Made by a program: the position numbers and the translations under genes. From Antedon mediterranea (taxonomy: Eukaryota > Animalia > Echinodermata), in contig NC_092675.1 in the NCBI RefSeq assembly GCF_964355755.1, positions 16,588,912 to 16,652,911 of the forward strand: a stretch of 64,000 nt of DNA, given 5' to 3'. Positions 25,201-60,700 of the stretch are shown here, piece by piece. How positions within the stretch are numbered: position 1 is the stretch's first letter; each line of letters begins with the position of its first letter. A model generated the notes under the pieces. It saw nothing but the letters and a program-made list of their open reading frames with translations, ran no database searches and was not told the DNA's origin.

Positions 25201-26780
25201 CATGCAGGGGTCAGACATAGTATCTTGAATTGAATTTATTGCTTCCTTACGAATCGACATCAACAAGTTGTGCTCGAAGGAAAAACTTCATCTAAAACTA
25301 AAGTCACTCCGGGTTCCCCCAAGGTACAGTTCTTGATCCACTTCTGTTCCTGACCTACATCAACAACCTACCATCCAATGTCAACTCTAAAGTGAAGCTG
25401 TTTGCTGACAACTGCCTTCTTTACAATAAAATTTCAACTATTGAAGATGCTAACAAATTGCAAGCAGACTTGAACGCTCTACTCTGGTGAAATGGGAAAA
25501 AGATTGGCAAATGTCCTTTAATCCAGCTAAATGCTTTTCCATGAGAGTTACACATAAACTGATCATAACAAGATACCAAATGGGTAAATTCCACATTTGA
25601 AGAGGTAAAACATCATCCTTACCTAGGTGTTGAACTCAAGTCATGATTTGAAATGGTCAACCTATACAAACCAAATTAGCAACAAAGCAAACAAAATGCT
25701 GGGATTACTAAAGGAAAACCTATACTATTGTAGCAGAAACACCAAAACCATAGCGTATAAATCTCTAATCCGACCTAACCTCGAGTACTATTCTGCTATT
25801 TTGGACCATATCATTAATCAGACAGAGATAAGCTGGAAAAGATCCTTGCCAACCTAGGATTAAAAAAATTATATACTTGTAGAACTAAATCGCACCTTGT
25901 TACGATTTACAAAGAAACCAGAGGACTTACTCCTTGTAATATCGACGAATATCGCCAATCAACGAATTATAACATCACGACTAGACATTCCAGTACTGGA
26001 AAATATAAAATTCCACCAAATATTGCCACTTTTAAAGACCAACTGAACACTATTGAAATCGAAAGTAATTTCATGACCCTAACCAACGTACTTGATAACC
26101 AGAGATGGTGTTTGTATGTTACAGATAGTCATAGTCAATTATAGTCAGTCAAAATCAATCATTTTAATTTGTTTTTACCATATATATATATATAAATCTT
26201 TATTATTTTTATGTTGCAGGTTCTCGATTAAATCTGACAACTGACAACAGAGCTGATACCCACATTTTAGTTGGTACTTTATCACTTGGAAAGGGGATCA
26301 AACCAAACCGTCCGCCAGCTCAGCCAACAGCAAGCCCGTCAGTTATGCCACAACAAAGAATTAACATTGATAGTATGTGTCTTTATTCTGCTTATTTCTT
26401 CAAATCAAATCAAATCTCCAAAACTGGACACCATTTGTCTGGCCCAGAATATCTGGTCTTCCTGATGCAAATTAATTAAAATATGGTTACACAATCGAGA
26501 AAAAAAACGAACACCTTAGTATTCTATTTAGTGCTGAATTGATCTGTTCGACGTAGAACAGGAGGATCCCATATGTATGTGTGGTGATGAAAGTTTAACT
26601 AAATTGTATCTGATTTTACAATGAATGTATTTTTATGGTTTTAATTAATATACATCTTCAAAACAAACCTAATGACTTATTCTCTTATTCTTTGTTTTTT
26701 TTATAGTGCACAAACCCCAGAGTACAGTAAGGACTCACATTCGGCCTGGAAGTAGTGTTCACCCTTACAATAGAACCTAA
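22233..26780 (+). CDS. MED8: Mediator complex subunit 8, complete, ~242 aa, 8 coding exons
   Basis: Exons: 22233-22238 (ATG CAG|gtaatt), 23227-23348, 23449-23483, 23596-23705, 23794-23934, 25009-25096, 26220-26372, 26707-26780 (TAA). Peptide [54 protein letters not shown]...[22 protein letters not shown]...HPYNRT* matches MED8 hallmarks (WPSVLD, LRTKP, C-terminal HPY.R). Confidence 0.95.
22412..23181. mobile_element. Foldback-type non-autonomous DNA transposon in MED8 intron 1
   Basis: TIR GGGTTATCAGACGATCGGGAC at both ends with TA flanks; ~220-bp inverted arms; more than 10 internal GACGATCGGGCCCA repeats. Confidence 0.8.
23948..24559. mobile_element. PIF/Harbinger-type non-autonomous element
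   Basis: tta-GGTTATGTTCAGACTC ... GAGTCTGAACATACCC-tta; 3-bp TTA target duplication. Confidence 0.75.
25140..26100 (+). mobile_element. Degenerate LINE reverse transcriptase fragment in MED8 intron 6
   Basis: Frameshifted motifs [55 protein letters not shown]. Confidence 0.85.
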
Positions 26781-26950
26781 AACTAGATGCAACACATTTG
26801 GGTGATGACTTGACTTTAGGAAACTGTTTAATATAATGGCATCTTCAAATCGCACAAGGAACTTCGACTAAAACAGAAGACAAAAAGCGGAAATACACTC
26901 AGAAAAATGAAATTCTCTATATGATTATTTTACAATATTATACTGTAACT

Positions 26951-26961
26951 AATAAAATAAA
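26951..26961 (+). promoter_or_regulatory. Candidate polyadenylation signal of MED8
   Basis: AATAAA at 26951 and a second tandem AATAAA, ~170 nt after the MED8 stop codon. The AT-rich context limits certainty. Confidence 0.4.
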
Positions 26962-27350
26962 TATATAATAGGGAAAAGGAATACAGGACCAGGTGCAGTA
27001 TTATAAAATTACACCAACTGTATTGGCATTAGGGTTAGGTAAAGTAGCAGTGAGGTAATTTGATACATTTACTGGATGTGAAATAAAGTGATAAACAAAA
27101 GATTGTGTTATTGCCTGATGAATGCCAGACCAGGGAAGGGGCGGGGCCAGATGTGTAATGATATGTATTTATTGGGCAAATAGACATTTGTACTCAAATT
27201 GCATGAATATTTAAAATATAATTAATGTAAGTGCTTTCAGGAGTTTAAATCCGGATTCTGCTCCATTTGGCATTATCAAACCCAGTCTGGAATCATTCCT
27301 GGGTACTTAAAATAATCAGTTGATTGTTAGGCATGTAGACTTTTGAACTC

Positions 27351-27772
27351 TGGCCGTATTGCTATAAAACAGTCTTAACTGATGGTCTTAAATCTCCGAT
27401 TAAAGCCTGCTGATTGCTATAAAACCGTCTTAGCTAAGATCACAACTAACAGATTGAAGGCACAGTTTTACTCATAGAATACCAAATAAGGTATTGTCAC
27501 GTTTGATGCGCAATCATAACAGTACTGTACATACATTTCTATGCGAGAAAATTTATTCTATTTAAAAGTCATCGTTTTTATTTGATTGAACACTTAAAAC
27601 TTGTTCAATGTGTTGTCTTTCATGATCAATAATACATATAAGCATTATAATTATTTTAAAAAGAGAGAGACTTTCATTTTAAAGACTACTTACAGGTTAG
27701 ACCATGGAATAGCAATGGCCTATAATAACATCACAAATTATAGCCGGCTAAGCGCCTATAGCAATCCTCCCC
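27351..27772. mobile_element. Non-autonomous DNA element with short TIRs
   Basis: ctg-gccgtattgctata ... tatagcaatcctccc-ctg; imperfect TIRs with CTG flanks. Confidence 0.4.
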
Positions 27773-29991
27773 TGATTGCATTACTACTTGAAAATAGCAG
27801 TGTAGATTTATGAATTATAAACAGTGGCTAGCGTAGAAACCCTTGGTTTAGGGACCCTAAGTGGCCCTCAGTTTTTTCTGCCCTTTTTTGTTCCACGCCC
27901 CTGGCTATAGCCGATTATGAAATCTTATCTCCAACCATCTATAAAACCTACCCTGGATATCACTTCACTGCCATCTCAGATCAGTTGTCAAGGGCAGCAG
28001 TATGTACCAGTTAATGCCTTTATAGCTGCATCAACAAATATAACACTAGACAGATTTTATCATTTTTACCGGGTAAATTTATTATAAATAATGTCAAATT
28101 ACACACAATAATGCCAGAGGTGTACACCTCATTGATCTGCTGTTATAACACAGCCATGATCCATTCAGTTCTGTTACTACACAAACTAAATAATTAATCA
28201 ACTAAGCAATTTTTACAGCAAATTTGTGTCCCATCCTTAAATTGTATAGATTTAGATCCAAAAAGACATAATTGCTCTAATTTACACTACAAGAATTTTT
28301 TTTTCACATTTTTGTTTTTGTATTGATAAAAATTTAATTAATACACTTTAGCTACTGCAAAGCTTTGCTCTATGTGTAAAAGAAACACTGAAGGAAAAAA
28401 TGTTTTCCTATCGAAACAAATTCTATACATGGACCACTCATTACTTTTTCCGTCACTCCAACAATTAAAAGTAAAAATAGTGAACATATGCCATAAAATC
28501 AATTTGTTGTTATTTCATATATTGAGATCTAAAAAACATACTGTATTTACTGGACATAAATTGTTAAAATGTTATACACTTTTTGTTGGATTTAAAAGAT
28601 TCTTGGAACAATAAACATTTATTTAAACATAATTGTTTTATGTATTACCTAAAAGTAATTATGTAATTAAAAAATTTCTAAACCACTTTTATAGAAAGTG
28701 TCGTCCAATAAAAAGGCACACCACAAAATCATCACAACCAGCAAGAAAATCGAGATCAATTTGATGTTTTAAATATCAATAATGTACAAAAACAACCTTG
28801 TAAGGAGAATTTGTATAATATGTAAATAATAGTAGTTATTGATCAACCCATTGATAATATTAAACCATTTATAATTACACTGTATCATATACTGAATCAT
28901 TATTTTCAACCTACCAAACCATATTAATATAGTTAGTTCATGGAGGTAATACCACACATACAGTTAAATGTACCATTAATTAATATTTATTAAATTCATT
29001 AAACATTTTAAATGGCAAATTTATAATCAAAATTAACATGCTGAAACTGGAACCAGATTATCAGCTTTATTTCCAGTATCGTATGTGCTGCCTGTATCAA
29101 TGTTAGAATCTATGATACAGGCATCACATGTAAACACATGAAATGTTGTATCGCAGAATTTCCCTGATACTTTACAAATTTAGATACTATACAGCACCGA
29201 GAATCGGCTGTTCACAGAACAATCAAAACTTGGTTTTCGTTGCAGACAGAAAATAGCGACCATTAATGATTTAATTGAGCAACTTTAAACTTGATAGAAA
29301 CTAATTAAATAATCTAAACATTTGTAATCTATATAAAAAATTCTCATTTCACCATTAACCACAAAACAACCTTATTTGGCAGTGCTAATCAATTTCATTC
29401 TGTTTACAAATTCAAAACCTATCAATTATGTGTGGTCTACATGCAATTTTAACGTTAACAGGACTCGCATTTAGCCGACGTCGAGTTGTGGCGAGTTGGG
29501 TTGAATTACACTGAGTTAACCAACGCAACTTAAGCGTAACTCAACATCGACAGGAAAACAGGCTTTATTGCATAGCAAGCTCAATTCCATTCAAACCAAA
29601 ATTCATTCATGAAATTATAATTTAATTTTTAATAATCTGTAACCTACAACTCATCATTATGACTACATATTAAAATAATAAATACAGCAACAATTATGCA
29701 TGTATTGTATCAAGGTCAATTAAGTCCAATAGGTATTTCCAGTTTTTCTATTGAAGCAATGTAATTAACATAACTGGTTTCAATGAATCTAATAGAAATG
29801 TCTACAACAAAGAATAATTTTACTTGTTTTATTTCATTTCGGCACACTTTACAGTGAGTACATAATTTTCTGATTACAAGCTAAGACCTAACTAGTCTTA
29901 TAAAAAGTTTAGGTAGTGTATTGCCAATAACCCTAATGATCCTGATTGTACATTGTGGCAGAGCAAAGATTTGTAACAAAAGACACCTAAA

Positions 29992-30143
29992 GCTCTTCAC
30001 TATCAAACTAGTTTGATAAAACAAATTGTGATGTGCCCAAATATGATAGTGATAAGCCCAAATATGGTAATGACATCATCATGTCCATATATGGGCACAT
30101 AACATTTTTTTGTCACATAAAATGTGATAGTGTAGACAGAGCT
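29992..30143. mobile_element. MITE family A copy (probably in CARM1 3'UTR)
   Basis: taa-agctcttcactatcaaact...gatagtgtagacagagct-tta. Confidence 0.7.
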
Positions 30144-30579
30144 TTAGGATTAGAAGCAAGCATGTTAAATTCTTAACCATCAAGATATAGTACATATAAA
30201 TGTTATTGACATGATGTTTATTATTTACAAAGATTAAATTAAAAATCATTTATTATTCTTGTGTGTAAAATTAGATTGGTATATTATTTTTATGAAATTC
30301 AAAAGGTGTGTCATTGATAATTACATAACTTCTGTATATACAATGATTTGTATTAGTTCCTGATTTTGTGCAACCTAAATTTCAGATATGTATGTAGAAT
30401 GCATATATACTGCCATTTGTGTTATGTAACAAATGTATAACGAGATATGATAGGGTCATATTTAAAAGATATAGAATTAAAATGTCAACTATTTTTTGGA
30501 TATCAATTTTCAGCATTTGTATTTAACTATCTATCAAACCAAACAACAATCTACAATGCAATGCTGTCAGTAGCATTAG

Positions 30580-51389
<20,810 letters not shown>

Positions 51390-52729
51390 ATTGAATCGTA
51401 AAAAAATCGCAGCGTGTGAAAGACATAATGTGCGCATGTGTCAAACAACTCAATGGCAGTTACTAAAAGATGAAAGCAACTTAACTCGACGTGATCATCC
51501 TGGAAGAGTAAAACTTCTATTTTTTATCCAGTCCGGGTATCTTTTTTTCCCCAAACTTATTCTTATTTGTGTAGCGCGTTTCTGTTATATAAAACATTCA
51601 TGATATTTTGTAGTTTTCTGACATCTGAACTTGTCCTAATAAAAAGCCTATTTAAGATTATATAATATAAAAATAATAATTTAATATATAATTCAGCTAA
51701 TCACAAAATTGAAAATGGAGGCATTTTCAATTTTAGTTTATTATTCGTGTCTTAAATAATCTCTGTGCAATTAGCGTTGGTTAAAATATCATATCTTAGT
51801 ATACATTATGACAAATGTATACGTTTGAATAAAATTCGGAAAAGGTCACGCCTAATACCATAACATTTTTTTTAATTCATGACTGACAAATAGGTCTATT
51901 CAATATTTTTCAATTATTACCATTCGGTCCAATGATGTGTTTTGCCCGACAGTTTACTGGTCTAGACTATGTTATTTTGCATCTCTGTGACAGATAAATC
52001 GTGATATGTTGTGTGGATTATTTTGTTACAATCGGAATCCTGAAGGTGCCGCAAATTACTATAGGTCATTATGTTAGATGGACGTGTTGTTGAATGATTA
52101 TTTGCATATACCTTAAGCATGTGAAGATTGAAAACATAGCTTAGACAATAAGTAATAATTTTATTATTTTCTCAAAATGTATAGCCTATTGGCCTATGCA
52201 GAATTTCATTTTGTTTTGACAAAATTCATCCCACACGGGGCAATTCAAATAAAAGGATTAAAATGATGTACGAAATATACAAAATATCACAATACACAGT
52301 ACAATATAATATGCAAGAGGGTCAAATTTCAAGATGGCCACTGGCAAAAACAATTTCTTTTCCGGTTTGTTCAAATAGTAATGATAATGAACACAATTGT
52401 CGTCACACTGAGAGTTTGAGATAATGGACATTAAATGATTTGCATTAAGTAAATTTCCAAATAAACTGAATGGGCCTATACTCAAATCACACAGGGAATT
52501 TATATTTGATCTCGATCTAGAATTCTAATTGAAACTAAACCATGCAGTGCGCGTGCTCAAATTTGAGTTAGTGTTTACCGACCGACCAACCGACTGACAT
52601 ATGAGCGTTGCGGCACGCGACTAAAAAGGAAGAATATAAAATAATTTATTGATACAGGTAGAAGAGGGCCCAAGTTTTAAGCCTATATTGTAGTGAATTG
52701 TTTGTATTCAAAAATTGATCGGAACAAAA

Positions 52730-53450
52730 ATTTGGCACCAGTGAAGCACAGTGATATAAAATAGAATAAATCATTGCATTTTAACATCTTTTCGTATGTT
52801 AATACACCCTATTGAACCCACAAATGTGAAAACAACCACAAATGTGAAAACGCATCATCCACAATGTGAAAACAACCATAAATGTAAAAACGCGTAGGCC
52901 TACCCACTATGTAAAAACGCGTACCCACACTAATGTAAAAACAGCGCCCACAATTAATGTGAAAACCGTCATCGCGCCCAATATGATACCGTAACGCCCA
53001 CAATGTCAAAAAAGAGATACCTTTTCGCCCACAAATGTATAAATAAAATCAGTGAATTATTTCTATTTGAGTGTCACTGTGCTCCACTTGCGCCAATTGG
53101 GTCCACTTGAGCACATATTAACATAATAATGAAATATACAAATTTAGTGACTTTATTTCTATATCATTGTGCTCCACTGGCCAATATGGGTCCACTTGAA
53201 CAAACTTATCAGTGTAATAGCATACGACTAAGATAACATTTTAGTGATTTTATTTCTATTTTATATCACCCTGTGCTCCGCTCGTGCCGATCTATTTTAT
53301 ATCACTGTGCTCCCCTTGTGCCAAATTGGATCTAGGTCCACACAACTTGAGCACAGTGTATTAACATACGAAATATATAAAAATGAGTGACTTATTTCTA
53401 TTTTATATCACTATGCTCCCCCGGTGCCAAATTTGGTCCACTGGACCAGT
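52730..53450. repeat. Complex repeat cluster between CARM1 and CTL1 5' ends
   Basis: Multiple (c)cacaaatgtgaaaac units (52820-53040) and several tatttctattttatatcactgtgctcc.cttgtgccaa units (53060-53450), with one inverted unit at 52730-52775. Probably transposon-derived. Confidence 0.6.
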
Positions 53451-54797
53451 TACTGCCTAGTACTATTTCTAAGTGGGTCTTTATTACTACAATAATTAGG
53501 TTCTACGGGCCCAGGGAATTCCCGTATTAATATTCTTTGGTAGAGGAGTTAGGGAGTGGTTGTATAGAGGGCGACATACGCAATTATTTTTTTATAAGAC
53601 TTGTATTTGTATTGTATTGGGAGAGAAAACACTGCAGTACATCATCATCGGAGGTACCTGCTGCTTCTGCTGCATTCTAAGTATCTAGCCGGCCTTCTAG
53701 AGAGTGGACTGTGGTTGTGATTGTGATTTGCTGATTTCAGTAGTTTATTGTTGATAGGTATAGTATCAATATTGTTTAACAAGTGTGAATAAAAAGATAA
53801 TAAAAAGTAGTACTAGGCCTAGTAGTAGATTTGAAACCCATTCCAAAACAAGCAAGAAGGGGCACATCTGTTTTGCATGACAAACCAAACAAATACGTGA
53901 CATACGTTAAGTGCAATAATAGTAGGCCTACTATGTTTTGTTTGTTGTACTATTTAGCAGTACAAACCCGTCTGTAGCTATTATCCTATCCATCGGGAAT
54001 CTAAATACTCTTTGTTTATAGGATATGATATAAATATTTCAGGTGTAACAGTAGATCTTCATGGATGTTTTTGTGTTGAAGTGAGCAAACAAACACTCAC
54101 CTAGACCAATTATTTTGTCAAGGTTATATTGACTTGTGTTATTGCCTTTTGTTCACTCCATTGACAAATACTATTTGAACTGAAACAGCAATAGATTTCA
54201 AACCGGAAAAGAAGTCACCAATGTATGCCCCTATTGTGTAATATTATTAGTGAAATGGGGATTCAACAAAATAAAGTAAAATATATGCCTAAAACAAAGA
54301 TGTCTTGTCCTATTTGAAATGGTAATTTGTACATGATCTTGAGACTTGTGAGTGTTTTCTAAAATCTTTATGTCGCCTAAAAACTACATTTCTAGACATC
54401 CTTGAATAAATATAGTAAAATATATTAAATTGAATTGGCCTTGAATGAATATAGTGTTATGATAGTAATATAACATGATTGTATAGATTTGGTTATTATT
54501 CATTCTCAATACTGTAGTTTAAAAAGTGTTATAAAGATTAGTGAATTATAATATTATTTCACACTTTCAATAGTATACAGTATTAGTTTTAATTTGCTAA
54601 AAAAACCCCCCAAAGGTAATGATTACTTTTAAAAAAATACAAATAAATAAACAGTTAAATTAACCAACCAATGAAAATTTGCTTTTGGTAGAAAATTAAA
54701 AGAGATTAATTGCAAATTCATACATAAACAAAAAGTTGTATTGTTCTTTTGTTTTATTTTGTTACAGGATTTTGTGGTGAACTTGAAGAGAACAGAC

Positions 54798-57700
54798 ATG
54801 GGTTGTGATTGCCTAGCTGACCCTGATGGTTATGATGTGAGTTTTCAGAATATTGTTGACCACAACTTTTAGTCACCGCGAAAAAGCGCACTACTCACAA
54901 AATATAAGCACTCTTTCACCACCTTAAACCGACCTTCCGAAATCTCTTCCTCCACAACCCCTGCGTCCATATTAGGATTGAGCCTACAGTATGTTATTAT
55001 GTAATTTAGAAGATATTGTTATAAAATATGATTTTACAAAACATTCAGGTCTGAAAACTCAAATTAATATTTTGGGATGAAATTATACAACAGTGCTCAA
55101 CTTCAACTTAACAATTTATTTATTTATTTTTTTATTTTTCAACTTCAGTTTATTTTTCAACTTCAGTTTATTTCAATCCTGCACACCTGGCCATTTGTAT
55201 TACAATTAAACACATTCTTTTTAAACATATACCAAAAAATACAAATTTGAAATTATTTTGTAATAGAAAGTGTAAGTGTTGTTTGGGTAAAGGATCATTT
55301 TATTGCATGACATATTGGACAAGTTGTGAAATATCCTATGAATCAGTTTTGACTTTTAGCCCAATCAAGTCTTGGCTTGTTTTTATATATGACTCACCTT
55401 ATTAATTTGTTACATTTTTCTATTTTCCTCTGATAAATATATTTTAAAACTGTGAAAAAGATGCTGAAAACTAATGTAAATTTTGTTTTCATATAATTGT
55501 GGATACCGTATTGTTTCTAATAAACGCGCCCCCCCCCCCCCCTCTGAGATATGTTTCCTTTGTAATGAGTGCTCAATATAATTCCTTGTGTATCCAGTTC
55601 ATATAGCCTAAATTATAAGGGAAAATATTTATTTCACAATGATGTACCCACCTAGCGATTTTTGTAAAGCGCCTTAAGTTATACTCTACCTTTTATTATC
55701 GACCAAACTAGGATATTGTAAGCTAGGTCATACACAGCAGTATCGGTTCTGCTCCGTCTGCCGCGTGTTGCTTCAGCACACAATACGCTCTATGAATCCC
55801 GCTCGGCTCGACCACCGTACAGTTAGACAATTTTGGTAAACAAAGCTTATTAAATTTAAAGTACATTTCTATCTAACATAGTTCCATTGTATACTTTTGT
55901 TATAAACCCTCCACAAATTCAATTCCCTGGCAAAGTTGTTAAATTGACTTTTAATGTTATGTTTTTTTATAAACAAGAATTTCAACTTTTCTTTTATTGT
56001 TATACAGTACAATATTTATAATTACATTTTGTTATGAGACAAACACAACAAAAATGTTTTTTAAAAGTTTAATCTTTATTAGTTCTTTAAATTGTTTTTG
56101 ATAATCGGTAATTTTGATACTGTACTTACTTTTTATTTATTGTTGTTTTGTTTATTCTTATGGATGCACTGTTTGAGTGCCACCGATAAGCAGAAAGGTA
56201 GTCGTCATTTCATTATTGATTTTTATTATAAAAAGAATTTGTCATTGTTATCGGTTAAGTTACATCTCAAGAACCAAGTTTATTATTAGAAAGTTTCTTT
56301 CAAACTTCAACAAACATTTATTTCTTGAAATACCATACAAATAATACAGAGCATAGAAATGATGACCAACTTTACCGTAGAAGTAAACTTGCTTAAAGGC
56401 TATTTTCCACTAGGCGAATTTCTTTGAATCAAAACCTTCAGCTTATACGCTTGCGTAGAGAGAGATTTGGAAGATGGAAACATGAATATGATAAGCTGAC
56501 ACTTTTAATTCGCACAAACAAATTCGTCTAGTGGAAAATCAGCTTACTCTGATCTTTACGAAATACTGTAGCGCTATATAAGTGTCGCATTATATAATAT
56601 ATTATATCTGGTGGGTGAAAATCTGTGATAAATACCATATATGGTTCTGTGCTCTAGTGGTATGATACTCGCCCTGTTAGCGAGAGGTTGGAATCCCGCC
56701 AGAGACATTTTTTCATACAACAAAAAAATACGGAACTTTCGCCAATGAGCTATGCTTGACACGATTATGAGATCATGTTCCGAATGTCTATAATTTGACA
56801 GTATGATTTATATAATGTTATACTTTAGCATAGGAGAAAATTCACAGAACAGAGAAATCCTGTTTTGTTAATTTAGAAAAGCTTTAAGAAGTTCAAATAT
56901 TGATGGTGTCTATGATACAACAAAAAAGAAAGTCTTTTACATTAATTTGGTGCACTAAAGCGTGGTTCCCACTAGTGACGCAAAACAAGGACGTAACGCA
57001 ACGCAAGTGATTTGACCAATCACAAGCGATGGCTTATTTGCTTGTGATTGCTAACTGTCTATAACTTCGCTTGTCATTGGTTAAAACGCTTGCGTTGCGT
57101 TTACGTCCTTGCGTTACGTTCTAGTGGGAACCAAGCTTAATTGAGAATAAAATTACAACTTGTAGCAATTATGAATAAGACCAATTAGTCTATTTTAAAA
57201 GTACTCTTTTTTTTTATGCCATAATATTTTGAAGGCTGTTTTCTTTAAGTGTATCAATTGCACAGTTTAACCATATAGTATGTTATGTAAAATGATTTTA
57301 CAGTGTAAATATTTATGGTCATTAATGGATCTGTCATCACCTTTTTAACTACCAAACTGTTTTATTAATGCAAGTAAAAGGTCATGTTACTTACTCATCA
57401 TCTATTTGATAATATTATGTTAATTTTTATGCTGCAAAAATTGTTTTAATTTTCGTTTCTATTTTACATCATTATATTTTAAAACGTATTTTATTATATA
57501 ATATAAATTGTAACACGTTACAACACAAGAAAGAGGTTGCCGTTTTTATTCATACAAATAAAAAAAAATTGTTAAAAATGAATGCACAGGAAGGGTGATT
57601 GATGCATCTAATAGTGAATTTAACCAAGATTGTTTCCTTCAGAATCAGAAATTTATTTAAACTGACCTTACATTTCTGTTTATTTGGAAAGTTTATTTAC

Positions 57701-60700
57701 AAACATACATAACAAGGAAATATACAATAATTGTTATGAAAGTGGTACTTGTGGTACCATGGAGGTATATACCTCATTTTCCTGATTAAATATTCTGAAA
57801 TGAATTGTTATACATGGTTCAAAGAATTATGGAGACTGATGATTTGTAACTATTATTATTCTTAAAAGGGTTACAACAATGTTTTTATCACAAAAGAGAT
57901 ATTTTATATTTATACACATTTCCATAGCATACCCAGGGGCAGATCCAGCATTATAGATTAGATGGGCTTAATATTTCATAAATGATAAAAACGATCCGTT
58001 GAGTTATAGTCATTATTGTATTCTAAGAAGACATGGCTGTTAAGCCTGACGCCTGTTTAGCCCCCGTCTAAATCCACGCTTGATACTGGTCAGTAACGTG
58101 AGACGGAGGAAATCCCTGGTTCAGCACTCCTACGGGCCCTCCAACGCTGGGGAGTTGCATTGGGGATGCTCATGCTGTGGCCCCTTAAGCTCTGGGGCTC
58201 CTGGCTTTAGCCAGTGTTAAGCCACTGATAACGGTATTATTAATATATACTGAGCATTTATAAAGCACTCTAAAACTGCTGTCTTCACAATGCTATTGCA
58301 ATGCTAGTAATAATCTATTTGAACAAGCAAGTTTTAAGAAGAGACTTAACACAGAAATATAATATATATATATAAAACTTTGCTGTACTGAACTGTCTTT
58401 ATTATTAATTTTATTTTGTCTCAGCAGGCCACTGACGGAGCTCCACCTTTAAGTAAGAGTGAGGATCGTAGCTGTACTGATTGTCTTTGTGCAATCCTCT
58501 TCCTTGTATTCCTTGTGGGAATGGTTAGTAGCAGAATTTCCTTTTCATTATTCTTGCCACTTATGTCAAGTATAATGCTGTATGCTAGTTTTTGCAATCT
58601 TTCAAGTTTATTATATATTATACTTTTTGAATTATTTTTTTCTGGTGGAACTAGCCTTAAAGCCCTCTCCAGCATAAGTGCATTCTAATAAAAAAAAAAA
58701 AAAAACACTAATATTATTTCACAGTGATGTAGCTTAAGAAAATAAATTGAATTTAATCTGATATTTAGTAATTTTAGCATTCAAAACTACATGCATACTT
58801 AGTCAGCACCCTAATATAAAGTTGATAAATACATAGCATATCGCTTATTGGACAAACTGCAGTGATTTTAAATATTTTCGCAATCTTTTGCAGGGGGTTG
58901 TTGCAGGATTTGCCATTGCAGCAGGCAGTGTTCAACGTGTTGTTTACGGTTATGATAGCTATGGAAACATTTGTGGTATGAAAAATGAAAAATATCCCGG
59001 AGTTGAACTTTCTGGAATGGATATGACAGACATGCCGTAAGTTTTTAGTTTTACCATAGAGGACATAGACCAACTCTATAAAACTAGAGAGTTACCGCAA
59101 TGCAATGAATAAGTTTTTTTTTGAGTAAATAAAACCATTTATGATTGTTTATATAGTACGCTCCTGTTGATGCACTCAAACAGATTGACCAATTTAGGAT
59201 TTTGTCACATTTGATGATCCTTCTCCATAGTACAGTACATCATCACTTTTGAGATGCGATTATATTTGAATTGACCCTCTAGTTGTAAATACCTCTATGG
59301 TTTTATCCAACTAAATCTCGGTCTACACTATCAAACTAGTTTGACAAAAAAAAGTGTGATATGCCCAAATATGGTAGTGATATACAAAAATATGGTAGTG
59401 ATATGATATAATCATGTCCATATATTGGCACATCACATTCATTTTGATAGTGTAGACAGAGCTTAAGATGTGTTTTAGACAGCATTGATGCCTATCTATA
59501 TATTAATGCTACTAAATTGTTCGCGTACTTTACGTATCTCTTCTGAAACCACTGAACGGTACATGCTCACATTTGGCACACTGATGTTTGTTGATGTCAC
59601 TTTCTTGAATTTAAAGGATAAACACTAAAAAAAGGATTAGCAGTAATTTTACCATCTTATGTCACTGTATAAACTACTACAAATACCATGCCGGTCCGCT
59701 AAACAGTCTTTTTAGTCAACTATATCAAATGATTGTGTCATTGTCTTAATTAATTACACCTATTCTTTGAACAGAATGATATCACGGTTTGGCTCGGTGA
59801 GTACCCATTGATGTCAATGCTTAGTATACATTCGAGTTCGATTAACATGATTAAAACTAAAAAATAACCTATTCAAAGTCTGATTTAATTAATCTTCATT
59901 TTTCGAATTTTCAACAAAAAGTTACGCGCGAATGCGCATTTAAAATTTAAAAATGTGCAAAATTAATCTCTAATCAACTTTCTACGCTGATCATGACATT
60001 TTAAGCATGTCAAAAATTTACGCGTAATGTGCGCACGGAGCATGAAAATCATGTGTTTTTCTCTTGAATTATGATCTTACAGCCTTTCCTAGTCATTTTA
60101 AAAAAGATTGACGTCATTTCAAATCAAAAGTCATACGAACATGTTGATTTAGACCATTTGCGTGCGTTTTAGTTGAAAAAGTGCCTAAAAAATTATGCCT
60201 ATTTTGAATCTATTATAGCTCCTCAAGATCATCAATGACCCCCAATTTTTGTAATTTAATATGTAAGCAGATATGTTGTAGATATGAATTCATGCAGAAT
60301 TTTTACCCCTCCGATGTTATGATGTCATCATATGGCCACACGAATGTAAAATGTAAGATTTTTTACTCTTTTGTTATTGCTCATCACATTAAATAGAGCG
60401 CATCTCGCTTATACGTATTCCATTTCCCCGATATTTGAATACTGTCTAGGTCAATCAACTATCTTTCGCATGAGTTAAAAATATTTTAATTTTTGTGATG
60501 TCATCATGTCTAAAAGTGTAAATAACTTGGGTCACCTATTTTCATCTTTACAGTAAATTTCAATCTGTTATAGCTCGTCAGAATAAAAAGTGATAATAAT
60601 GATTAAAACGTTTTCTGGAAGCTTTTGGATTGTAGATTTGAATTCATGTAAACATTTTGCCAATCAGATGTTGTGACATCATCATATGGCCAGTTGAATT

